Assembly (NCBI GenBank): GCA_944371305.1
Contig: CALVXM010000005.1
Location: forward strand, 1-53,081
Direction of reading: 5' to 3'
From: an uncultured Bacilli bacterium
GTDB taxonomy: Bacteria; Bacillota_I; Bacilli_A; RF39; UBA660
DNA: 53,081 bases
Below, in pieces: positions 21,727 through 31,823 of this stretch. Position numbers and translations under genes: made by a program. The notes under the pieces were generated by a model that was not told where the DNA came from, did no database searches, and saw only the letters and a list, made by a program, of their open reading frames with translations. How positions within the stretch are numbered: the stretch's first letter is position 1; each line of letters starts with the position of its first letter.

Positions 21727-22920
21727 TCAATTCTTTACCAGTTTAATTCTCATCATATCATAAACATTTAATTTAAAATCAACTTTTAAATAAACTATTT
21801 GTTTTGGATGTCTTACTACATCGATGATATTTCCTTCTTCATCATAAATCTTTTCAATTTTATAAGTTATTCCAATATTATCGGGACCAAAAAATTCAAC
21901 AACATCACCTTTTTTAAAATAATTACGTTGTTCGATTTTAGCTATTTTTTTATCTTTGTCATAATCTAGAACAACACCTAAAAAATCTTGATTAGATACT
22001 TCAATACGGTCATTATAATAACTGCAATCTTCTTTATAATTACCATCAAAAAATTGAACAATACTATCTCTGTTAGCCACTCTTGATAAGATATTTTCAT
22101 ATTCTAAATTATATGTATATTTTTTAGCATAAACTTCATCAATTGCTTTACGATAAATACTAACAACAGTAGCAATATAATAAATAGAACGCATTCTACC
22201 TTCTATTTTTAAAGAAGTTATTTGCATTTTACATATTTCTTTAATATATTTTAAAAGTGATAAATCTTTTGAACAAAAGGTAAAACTTTTCTCACCTTTG
22301 ATAATATTTTTATTCTCATCTAACAAATCAAAATCCCATCGACAAATTTGACTACATCCACCACGATTAGCATCGCGATTAGTTAAATAATTAGATAAAA
22401 CACATCTTCCACTATAACTTGCACACATTGCACCATGAATAAATATTTCGATTTCTAATCCTACTTTTTGAATTGTTTCAATTTCTTCTTTACTAACTTC
22501 CCTTCCTAAAACAATTCTTGTAACACCTAAATCTTTAAAATGTTCTACCGCTTCATAATTTAAAGTAGACTGTTGCGTTGAAATATGAACTTCCAAATTA
22601 GTGTGTTTTTTGGCTAGTTCTAAGACTGTTAAATCACTAATAATTATCGCATCGACTTTTATTTTATCTAATTGTTTTAAATAATCAATTAAAAACTTAA
22701 CTTCCTTATTATGTAATACTATATTAACTGTAACATAAACTTTTTTATTTAATTTATGGGCAAATTCGACCCCTTCTTTAATTTCTTCGATTGTAAAATT
22801 AACTGCATTAGCTCTTAGACCAAACAAAGATCCTCCTAAATAAACCGCATCAGCTCCATATAAACAAGCTATTTTTAATCTTTCTAAATCGCCAGCTGGC
22901 GCTAATAATTCTGGTTTCAT
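21727..22920 (-). CDS. U32 family protein (YrrO/TrhP2-like tRNA hydroxylation)
   Basis: PELLAPAG, HGAMCASYSGRC, NRGGCSQICR, SLKIEGR. Confidence 0.93.
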   Translation of the reverse strand: MKPELLAPAGDLERLKIACLYGADAVYLGGSLFGLRANAVNFTIEEIKEGVEFAHKLNKKVYVTVNIVLHNKEVKFLIDYLKQLDKIKVDAIIISDLTVLELAKKHTNLEVHISTQQSTLNYEAVEHFKDLGVTRIVLGREVSKEEIETIQKVGLEIEIFIHGAMCASYSGRCVLSNYLTNRDANRGGCSQICRWDFDLLDENKNIIKGEKSFTFCSKDLSLLKYIKEICKMQITSLKIEGRMRSIYYIATVVSIYRKAIDEVYAKKYTYNLEYENILSRVANRDSIVQFFDGNYKEDCSYYNDRIEVSNQDFLGVVLDYDKDKKIAKIEQRNYFKKGDVVEFFGPDNIGITYKIEKIYDEEGNIIDVVRHPKQIVYLKVDFKLNVYDMMRIKLVKN

Positions 22921-23741
22921 TACTTCACCTTGTATACAGTTTCTTGATAGAAAAAGCCTTTCTTTAAATTATCAAATAAATCATTTAATTGTTCATTTAA
23001 AATATCTTTATTTTTTTCATTGACATTATTAAATATATCAACTACTTTACTAAACTTATCATCATCGATTAAAAAACTATTCAAAACGATATAATCGTAA
23101 TCTAACAACAATTTTTCCTTTAAACCATCTAAAATAAAATCTGTATAAACGACTGTTCCATTTTGATCAACTAAAGGATATATCTTCCCTTCTTTTTCCA
23201 TATAATTTATCTGCGATTCATCTTGCAAATCAAAAGTTTTTAAATAATTTTTAACTAAATTACGCTTAGAAGTAAAAATAGGTAGGTAGCCAAACAAAGT
23301 AACCATCAATTTAGCTTTAGTATTCTTTTTAATTTCCTGCATTTCTCTTAATGTTATATCGTTTGATACCCAAGTATATTTAACATTTTGATTATACCAA
23401 AAATTGATCGTATAATAATTGTTAGTCATATGTTCTTGACTCCAAACTAAATTGTAGTTTAAATTTAATTTTTTAGCTAAATTAGGAATAGCCAAATCAT
23501 AAAATATCACACCTTTAATATTATAATTATTTAACTTAATCAACGTCTTTTTTAAATAATCAATGTCACTATTATGCATATTTTTATTTAAACAAACAAA
23601 AACTTCTTTATCGATAGTTTTTAAGTCTTCTAAATTAAAATAAGCCGGCATATTTACACTTAAATCTTTAATACCAATAATTACCCCATCACAAGCTAGT
23701 GACATTTGTTTTAAGGAACTAGGAATTATTAATGTTTTCAC
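22920..23741 (-). CDS. U32 family small subunit (YrrN/TrhP1-like)
   Basis: Degenerate U32 paralogue upstream of the U32 gene, PIFTSKRNLVKNY. Confidence 0.8.
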   Translation of the reverse strand: MKTLIIPSSLKQMSLACDGVIIGIKDLSVNMPAYFNLEDLKTIDKEVFVCLNKNMHNSDIDYLKKTLIKLNNYNIKGVIFYDLAIPNLAKKLNLNYNLVWSQEHMTNNYYTINFWYNQNVKYTWVSNDITLREMQEIKKNTKAKLMVTLFGYLPIFTSKRNLVKNYLKTFDLQDESQINYMEKEGKIYPLVDQNGTVVYTDFILDGLKEKLLLDYDYIVLNSFLIDDDKFSKVVDIFNNVNEKNKDILNEQLNDLFDNLKKGFFYQETVYKVK

Positions 23742-23812
23742 GGTATCATCCCCTTTTCACGGCTTTATTATATAAAATTAATATCTTTTTGTAAAGAGAA
23801 AAGAAAAAATGC

Positions 23813-24070
23813 TTATTCAGCATTTTTGTAAGCTTCTAAAATTTTATCTTGGAACATCTTACGAGTTTCTTGGTTAATTGGATGAGCTATATCACGATAT
23901 TCACCATTTGATTTTTGACGACTAGGCATAGCTATGAATAAACCATCATTACCTTCGATAATTCTAATATCATGAATTGCAAAGCAATCATCAATTAGAA
24001 CAGATGCTTTTCCTCTCATTCTTGAATTTTCTTTTTCTTCTTTACGAACTGTAACTGATGTAATTTCCAT
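23813..24070 (-). CDS. spoVG: Septation regulator SpoVG
   Basis: IHDIRIIEGNDGLFIAMPSR...DIAHPINQETR. Confidence 0.97.
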   Translation of the reverse strand: MEITSVTVRKEEKENSRMRGKASVLIDDCFAIHDIRIIEGNDGLFIAMPSRQKSNGEYRDIAHPINQETRKMFQDKILEAYKNAE

Positions 24071-24136
24071 TAAAACCTCTCCCTTCAGTATTAGTACACC
24101 TTAAGTATAAACTATTTTAATAAAAAAAGCAATAGT

Positions 24137-24346
24137 TTAATAATCAATTTTTATTGTTTTAGTTATAACATCAGTATAAGAAAAAGATTTTTTTTCATTA
24201 TTATTAAGTTCCACTAAAAAAACATTTTCATATAATTCTTTAATCGTAACATGATATTTTTCATATTTATTTCTTCCTAGATTATATTTAATAGTTACTT
24301 TCTCACCAATATAATCATTTAATTTCCTTCTAACCTCGCCAATCAT
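24137..24346 (-). CDS. veg: Veg family protein
   Basis: IGEKV...GRNK...ELYENVFLV...SFSYTDVIT, downstream of yabG as in Bacillus. Confidence 0.85.
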   Translation of the reverse strand: MIGEVRRKLNDYIGEKVTIKYNLGRNKYEKYHVTIKELYENVFLVELNNNEKKSFSYTDVITKTIKIDY

Positions 24347-25122
24347 CGTGGATACCCCGTATACATTGTTCCTTTAGTAATAACGCCACCAATACCATTT
24401 TTACCATACTTAGTATTTTCGATAATTCCCTTTAAATCGATATCTTGATTGACATCTGATAAACTCATCTTAGTAGCAATTATAGCTGGATCTAAAGCAT
24501 GAATATTAATTCTTTTAGGACTACTTGCAAAATTAGCGCCAGCTTTAATTAATTCTTCATAATCAGATTGACAAGCACCAGCTATGATAATTAATTTATC
24601 ATGACTTTTTTCAAATTTTCGTGCTTCTTTAATAGCTTTAACAAAATTACTGCTGTTCTTATAAGCGTTGATATTATCTTGGCTTCCTTTTTTCTTATAA
24701 TAAGCATCATGACCAGTAATAACGATAATATTTGGGTTATATTCATTCAACCAATCCTTAATGTATAATGGAACATTTTCTTCATTTTCATTAATTCCAA
24801 CCGCCCATATATTGGCTTCTTTGTAATATTCCAAACAACGATTTAAATAATCTAAATCACTATCAATGTGTAGAATTTTACCCGGAAGATAAAAATAGTC
24901 ATCACGATTTAGATTAGTATTCGGTTTAACTCTTGTCTCAAATTCTTTTTCTTCAATATCTTCCTTATCAAACTTAACTAAATCTTCTTTAAAACTATCA
25001 GCTTTTAATCTAACATTAGCTCCTTTTAAATAATAAATATTATCTATTATATCAGTAATGATAAAGACAATATCATTATTATAAGAATTACGTGTTACCA
25101 AGTCACCTATGTCGAAATTCAT
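24343..25122 (-). CDS. yabG: Sporulation peptidase YabG
   Basis: GDLVTRNSY, PGKILHID, VITGHD, AGACQS, GANFASSPKRINIHALDP. Confidence 0.95.
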   Translation of the reverse strand: MNFDIGDLVTRNSYNNDIVFIITDIIDNIYYLKGANVRLKADSFKEDLVKFDKEDIEEKEFETRVKPNTNLNRDDYFYLPGKILHIDSDLDYLNRCLEYYKEANIWAVGINENEENVPLYIKDWLNEYNPNIIVITGHDAYYKKKGSQDNINAYKNSSNFVKAIKEARKFEKSHDKLIIIAGACQSDYEELIKAGANFASSPKRINIHALDPAIIATKMSLSDVNQDIDLKGIIENTKYGKNGIGGVITKGTMYTGYPR

Positions 25123-25137
25123 ATAATCACCCAAAAA

Positions 25138-25166
25138 ATTATATGTGATAATAGATATTTATATGA
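25138..25166 (-). promoter_or_regulatory. Mother-cell sigma (sigE/sigK)-like promoter for yabG
   Basis: Minus strand TCATATA-14 nt-CATATAAT. Confidence 0.5.
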
Positions 25167-25190
25167 AAAAAATCAGAATTAAATCTGATT

Positions 25191-27254
25191 TTAATTTGGC
25201 GTTATTACCGCACGCGAACTGACACTACCGTAAGTACTACCACGGCTACCGTTGAAATAGAACACGCCAGCACTAGATCCATCGCTATAGCTACCACTAC
25301 GAGGAAACCACGAATCACTAGCGCTAACGAAATAAGCGTAGTCACTGTACCATCCACCAGTACTGCTTCCAAATGTTGTTAAAGTTTCCTTTGTCGCATC
25401 TCCCAACTTTCCTCTTGCATGAGCTAGAGATGTCCCATATGTGTACTTGTCATAGTATTTGTCTTCTGGAGCACTTGTAAACCCTGAACCACTTGCATAG
25501 AAATTCCCACTACTATCGACCATATTACCCATTACGTATTCCCATGATCCACCACTCATATCATATACGCCATAAATATTTCCAGTTGTTGAATATGTAA
25601 CATTAATTTTATAACTTGTTCCACTTCCACCACCTGTATAATAAGATGAATTGCTTGAATTAAATCCTATATCAGCTATTCCCAACCCATATTTACTTTG
25701 TTTTAAATATGCCACTGCTCCCCATTCCATGTTCTTTGTCATATGAGAATCACCATTACTTATTCCGTAATCAGTTTCAATATTTCTAATTGAATTAAAT
25801 TGGTTTGCTATACTAGCATATCTAAAACTACTTACGCCTGGTTTAATTGTGATTGGCAATTCTTTATTACAATTTGTTGCAGATGGTGTGGAATTACAAG
25901 TTGAATTGGTTGTGCTCACCTCAAACTTTCCCATCCAAAATCCAGTTAAGTCTTTATCACCAAAGGTAAATGCTGGATGAGTATACCAATTACCATTTAT
26001 AGCATTAGTACATATTTCGCTATCATTACCACTTTTTGATACCTTATCGACACATCTAACTGTTCCAGTAGTTGAAGTTCCAGTCTCAAAAGTCACATTG
26101 ATTTGTTGAACTGAGACACTTCCATTATTAGCATTAAACAATTGATATTTATATCTTGGTATCCATACATACCATAACGCTATTTCTGATTCAGATATAG
26201 TATTACCAACACTTTTTGTTACACCACTATTTAAAACAACAGCATTCGCCCATTCTTTACTGTTATAGTCATACCATTCTTCACTAACATCAGCATAAAC
26301 CCAACTTGAGCCATTATATTTAATTGGAATCATATTAGCTAACAATTTAGGTTTATTAGCGCCACTATTATCGACATATTCCTTAACAGAAACAATTTTT
26401 ATAATTCTTCTTTTAGTGGTACAATTGTTACTACTATCACAAGCTTTATATTCAACTATCTTATCAGTCGGAAGTCGATCAAAACCACTAGTTTGAATAT
26501 TTATAGTCTCACCACTATTATCGGTTACTGATACGCCAGCTAATAAATTAAAACTAGCTAATTCATCTTTAGTTAATTCAGTAGTATCTTCTAAACTTAA
26601 TACTGGAGCAGTCGTATCTCTTACAATGACAGTTCGAGTAATATTAGAAGTATAACCATTACTAGTTGCACTATAAACAACTGAGTAAGTTGTGAAACGA
26701 CTAGCATCAATTCCTCCTACTTCCGTGCTACCTTCACGATAAGTTATACTTATATCATCAATTAAATTACCATCTTTATCTTTAGCAATTGCTCCTAATT
26801 CACTATAAGTTCCTTTAATTTCAACATAAGTTATTGCTTCGCCATTTAAAATAATAGTTGGAGCATTACTATTGAAATCATTATTAACATCTGTTCCTGA
26901 TTCACCATTAACTGTTATATCATAACTATTATTTCGATAAGTTATAGTTATTGTCATATCATTAGGCAATAATTTACCAGTAATCGGATTTTTAATGTCT
27001 AAAGGTAAAAATCCAGATTCTTTTAAATTTAACAAAGTTATTGTTACAGTACCATTATTAGCTGTTGGTAACATATTAATATTCTCATAAGCCCATTTTT
27101 CAGCTCCTAATTTAATTTCATCTAATTGTGATTGATAAAGTTTTTTTCGATTACTATCGATACTTTGTGAAACAATTGGAAAAGCAATTAAAGCAACAAC
27201 TGCTAAAATGACAATTACTCCTAGTAATTCTGCTAGTGTGAATCCCTTCTTCAA
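25191..27254 (-). CDS. Type IV prepilin-motif protein with Ig-like repeats and a C-terminal C-type-lectin/FGE-like domain; probable DGR target
   Basis: KKGF|TLAELLGVIVIL, APTIILNG...TRTVIVRDTTAP Ig-like repeats, GVYDMSGGSWEYV...WFPRSGSY...SSRAV CLec-type C-terminus. Confidence 0.88.
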   Translation of the reverse strand: MKKGFTLAELLGVIVILAVVALIAFPIVSQSIDSNRKKLYQSQLDEIKLGAEKWAYENINMLPTANNGTVTITLLNLKESGFLPLDIKNPITGKLLPNDMTITITYRNNSYDITVNGESGTDVNNDFNSNAPTIILNGEAITYVEIKGTYSELGAIAKDKDGNLIDDISITYREGSTEVGGIDASRFTTYSVVYSATSNGYTSNITRTVIVRDTTAPVLSLEDTTELTKDELASFNLLAGVSVTDNSGETINIQTSGFDRLPTDKIVEYKACDSSNNCTTKRRIIKIVSVKEYVDNSGANKPKLLANMIPIKYNGSSWVYADVSEEWYDYNSKEWANAVVLNSGVTKSVGNTISESEIALWYVWIPRYKYQLFNANNGSVSVQQINVTFETGTSTTGTVRCVDKVSKSGNDSEICTNAINGNWYTHPAFTFGDKDLTGFWMGKFEVSTTNSTCNSTPSATNCNKELPITIKPGVSSFRYASIANQFNSIRNIETDYGISNGDSHMTKNMEWGAVAYLKQSKYGLGIADIGFNSSNSSYYTGGGSGTSYKINVTYSTTGNIYGVYDMSGGSWEYVMGNMVDSSGNFYASGSGFTSAPEDKYYDKYTYGTSLAHARGKLGDATKETLTTFGSSTGGWYSDYAYFVSASDSWFPRSGSYSDGSSAGVFYFNGSRGSTYGSVSSRAVITPN
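25206..25349 (-). repeat. VR-like segment (VR4); cognate TR not in the window
   Basis: Abrupt GC rise at the gene's 3' end, with codons almost all NNC/NNT (tac agt gac tac gct tat ttc gtt agc gct agt gat...), as expected from mutagenised AAY codons. Confidence 0.65.
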
Positions 27255-27302
27255 TTAAACCACCTTCTACTATAACCATTATATATTTTTATAATAATTT
27301 AG

Positions 27303-27941
27303 TCAATTAATTTCATTTTTTTTAATTATAAAAGTTTTATCTTTAGTATAAAAAGCATAAAAAACATCCTCTAATTTTAACTTGTTTTTATCTAAAATAC
27401 CATATACCCAATCGATATTTTTTTTCATATTTTTAACAGTATCAACATCGATAACACCATCAATTATAATCGGCATCGGATAAACATTATTATCATTAAA
27501 CACTGATAATTTACCATTATTTTCTAATATAGCATAATTTACTTCCTCTAAATTTTTGATACCTTTTTCTCTTAATTGTGAAATAAGATCATCTAAACTA
27601 TATCTTGTTTTTTGCATCTGTTTAAAATTGACTTTTCCTTTATTAATTAATACTTGTGGATTACCATCGATGAATTTTCTAAAGGCATTACTTTTTAAGG
27701 TAATATAACTTAAAGACATTTGGATAATTACTAATAAGGCTATTGGAATAATAGAAATAAAGATTGATCTATCAACTTCCTCAATACTCATAGCCGCTAA
27801 TTCAGCTATTAAAATCGATACAATTAAATCGATAATACTCAATTGTCCTACTTCTTTTTTCCCCATAATTCGATAACATAACACAATATAAAAATATAAA
27901 ATAAACGTTTTAATAATTAAATTTAAATACATTTTCATCAC
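27303..27941 (-). CDS. DUF421 (YetF/YrbG-like) membrane protein
   Basis: RIMGKKEVGQLSIIDL, LREKG, AILENNGKLSV. Confidence 0.9.
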   Translation of the reverse strand: MMKMYLNLIIKTFILYFYIVLCYRIMGKKEVGQLSIIDLIVSILIAELAAMSIEEVDRSIFISIIPIALLVIIQMSLSYITLKSNAFRKFIDGNPQVLINKGKVNFKQMQKTRYSLDDLISQLREKGIKNLEEVNYAILENNGKLSVFNDNNVYPMPIIIDGVIDVDTVKNMKKNIDWVYGILDKNKLKLEDVFYAFYTKDKTFIIKKNEIN

Positions 27942-27947
27942 CTATTT

Positions 27948-27991
27948 TATTATGATTTTAGTTCTAATGTTTTATACAAAAACATAAAAAT
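27948..27991. promoter_or_regulatory. Overlapping divergent sporulation-sigma-like promoters
   Basis: Minus strand GTATA-18-CATAATA (sigG-like). Plus strand TCTAAT-14-CATAAAAAT (sigE-like). Confidence 0.4.
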
Positions 27992-28005
27992 TATTAGGTG
28001 ATATA

Positions 28006-28377
28006 ATGTTATTTTTAAAAAAAATTATTAAATCTTTAGGTTTTAGTATTGGTATTCTATTAGGATTAACCTTAATAATTACCATTTTGAATTATATAGG
28101 AATAATTGGTACAACCATCGTTGATGCATTTTCTTATATAACTCCTTTTATTGCATTATTTATAGGTGGTTTATTATTAGGTAAAGAAAGTAACAATAAA
28201 GGATGGTTAGAAGGTATTAAATATGGATTAATTTGTATTGTAATATTTTTTATCTTTAACTTCTTAGCTTTCAATCAAATTTTCAACACAAAATCTATTA
28301 TTTTATATATCGTCACTTTAATAGCTAGTATATTAGGAGGAATGATTGGTATAAATATGAAAAAAAATGATGATTAA
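28006..28377 (+). CDS. TIGR04086/YrzE-like membrane protein
   Basis: 4 TMs, KGWLEGIKYG, LGGMIGIN. Confidence 0.85.
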   Translation: MLFLKKIIKSLGFSIGILLGLTLIITILNYIGIIGTTIVDAFSYITPFIALFIGGLLLGKESNNKGWLEGIKYGLICIVIFFIFNFLAFNQIFNTKSIILYIVTLIASILGGMIGINMKKNDD

Positions 28378-28378
28378 A

Positions 28379-29491
<1,113 letters not shown>

Positions 29492-29582
29492 TCACCTATG
29501 CCATTATATACCAAAATAACTAATTTGACAAGATAAAGAAAATGTGTTAATATAGCAATCATGTTTTAAAGGGGGAAAAATT

Positions 29583-30206
29583 ATGATTAAATTTGATAAA
29601 GTTTTAACTAGTCAAGAAATTAGCGAAATGGATCCAGAAAAAATAAAATTTGCAAAAAAAGAAGGTCAATATCATTACAATTATTTAAAAAATGCCTATG
29701 GACCTGATTATTTTAAAGAACGACTTACCAGTCGTGCTCGCGAATTAGCAGAGTTAGGTCACAAATATCGTCTAGAAGATGAAAAAACTAAAGAGTTAAT
29801 TGCTGCTAATATTGTTTTCCCAAACGATTTAACTTTTATGAAAGTATTAATATCAAAAGGAATTACATATGCTCATTTAAAAGCTTATTCAAAAATAATT
29901 CGCGTTGGAAAAATATTAACGCAAATATCTGTTGGTAATTGTGAAAAACAAGATTTTAAAGAATTATTTGATGCTTATGGTTTTGGAAAACAATTTTTAG
30001 GCATTAGTACTAAGGATCTAGAAGCTCCTGATTTTACAATAAAAAGTAAAAAACTTGATTATTTATGTTATATAATTAAGCAATACTTTGGTATTAGAGA
30101 CGAAAACTTAATTTTAGCCAAAGTTAGTGAAATTACAGCCTTAAAAAAAGCATTATATCAAGAAATGGAACAAGGAATGGAAAATAATCCTAGCAAGATA
30201 CGTTAA
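29583..30206 (+). CDS. Hypothetical protein
   Basis: 207 aa ORF with a GGGGG RBS and an upstream TTGACA...-10-like promoter. Confidence 0.75.
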   Translation: MIKFDKVLTSQEISEMDPEKIKFAKKEGQYHYNYLKNAYGPDYFKERLTSRARELAELGHKYRLEDEKTKELIAANIVFPNDLTFMKVLISKGITYAHLKAYSKIIRVGKILTQISVGNCEKQDFKELFDAYGFGKQFLGISTKDLEAPDFTIKSKKLDYLCYIIKQYFGIRDENLILAKVSEITALKKALYQEMEQGMENNPSKIR

Positions 30207-31455
30207 GCGTATCTTTTATTTTATCTAAATTAAAAGCATGACTACCTTTAACATAAATAATGCTACCATTAATATCTTTAGTTTTAATGTAAGAAATTAT
30301 ATCTTTAACATTATCAAAATGCTTTCCTTTAATTAAATTAGTATATTTTCCAATTAATAAAACTTCTTTATTTTTAATTTTTTTTAAATATTTATTGATT
30401 TTCTTATGATAAGTATTACTATATTTACCTAATTCTAACATATCACCTAAAACTATTATTTTAAATTCATCCTTATTTTCTAATTGTTTTAAACCGCCGA
30501 TTAACGACTCAAAACTACTATTATAACTATCATCGATAATTGTATATTTATTTTTAATAATATTTAATCTTCCTTCGATATTTTGGTATTTTTTTATAAC
30601 TTCACTTATTGTTTTTAAATCGATATCAAACATCAGACCAATTTTAATAGCTATAAAAACATTATCTAACAAATGACTATAAGAATTAAATATAAAATGT
30701 ACATCATCTATATCAAAAGTTACATTTTTACCTATATTAAGATTTTTAACTTTTAAAGTTTTATCATTAACTTTAATGATATTAGGATATTTAAGTTTTT
30801 TTAAATATTTATCATTTTTATTAACTATTAAATATCCATTATTTAAACCATCCAAAATTTCTAACTTTGCCTTCAAAATATTTTTCTTACTACCTAAATT
30901 GCCGATATGAGCACTACCAATATTAGTAATAATAGCATAATCAGGTTTACAAATTTGCGATAAATAAGATATTTCATTAAAATGATTCATTCCTAATTCT
31001 ACAACAATCACATCATAAGTTGCATCTAAATTAAATAAAGTTAAAGGTAAACCAATATGATTATTTTGATTTTTTAAAGACTTTAAAACTTTATATTTTT
31101 CACTCAAAATACTATATATTAACTCTTTCGTCGTTGTTTTACCTACACTACCAGTAATAGCAATTAAAGGAATATTATAAGATGATCTTATATACTTAGC
31201 TATTTTCCCCAAACTTTCGATAGTTGAATTAACTATAATCTTAGGAATATCATAATTAAAGTCTTTTTCGCTAATAATAGCACTAGCTCCATTATTTATA
31301 GCATCGATAATATAATCATGACCACTATTAATAGCAATAAATAAATCACCTTCACTAATTTCTTTCGAATTAGTTTTTATCTTATTTACTTTAACATCAC
31401 TATATAAATTACCTCCAATTAACTTAAAAATATCTTTTAAATACATTATAATCAC
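30190..31455 (-). CDS. murF: UDP-MurNAc-tripeptide:D-Ala-D-Ala ligase
   Basis: ITGSVGKTTTKE, NNHIGLPLT, IIDDSYN, LGDMLELG, VKGS. Confidence 0.95.
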   Translation of the reverse strand: MIIMYLKDIFKLIGGNLYSDVKVNKIKTNSKEISEGDLFIAINSGHDYIIDAINNGASAIISEKDFNYDIPKIIVNSTIESLGKIAKYIRSSYNIPLIAITGSVGKTTTKELIYSILSEKYKVLKSLKNQNNHIGLPLTLFNLDATYDVIVVELGMNHFNEISYLSQICKPDYAIITNIGSAHIGNLGSKKNILKAKLEILDGLNNGYLIVNKNDKYLKKLKYPNIIKVNDKTLKVKNLNIGKNVTFDIDDVHFIFNSYSHLLDNVFIAIKIGLMFDIDLKTISEVIKKYQNIEGRLNIIKNKYTIIDDSYNSSFESLIGGLKQLENKDEFKIIVLGDMLELGKYSNTYHKKINKYLKKIKNKEVLLIGKYTNLIKGKHFDNVKDIISYIKTKDINGSIIYVKGSHAFNLDKIKDTLNVSC

Positions 31456-31493
31456 CTAATATATTTTATGAAATATAATTAGTCTCCAAAACA

Positions 31494-31521
31494 AAAAAAG
31501 AATAAATTCAATTATTCTTTT
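31494..31521 (-). terminator. Intrinsic terminator after the TR unit
   Basis: Minus strand aaaagaataatt-g-aattattcttttttt. Confidence 0.7.
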
Positions 31522-31645
31522 AAGAAACTGTTTTTATTCTAGTTGAACATTACTAATATTTTTAGGTTTAACCTAGGGAATAAAACTTGTTTCCTATTGC
31601 TTCTCTTTATATAACCATAGTTACATAAATCTCAGTTTAAAAGGA

Positions 31646-31726
31646 ATCTGCACGGATGCCGTTGGTATTCGTAGGACTATTGTTGTTGATGTTGCCATTG
31701 TTATTGACGTTACGAACGTTAGACGT
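31646..31726 (-). repeat. DGR template repeat (TR)-like sequence, non-coding
   Basis: Minus strand acg tct aac gtt cgt aac gtc aat aac aat ggc aac atc aac aac aat agt cct acg aat acc aac ggc atc cgt gca gat (11 AAY of 27 triplets). Aligns without gaps to 31905-31985 and 32550-32630, with mismatches concentrated at TR adenines. Confidence 0.88.
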
Positions 31727-31752
31727 TATAACAGCTTTACACCCATATGCAC

Positions 31753-31782
31753 CACACCTTGCCATATTATCGGCAAGGTGTG
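31753..31782. other. Perfect 11 bp hairpin between the target gene stop and the TR
   Basis: cacaccttgcc-atattatc-ggcaaggtgtg, with no U-tract on the minus strand. Confidence 0.85.
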
Positions 31783-31823
31783 ACTGCTTTGTTTATGTTT
31801 TATTGGTTATTTATACCTTTGGC

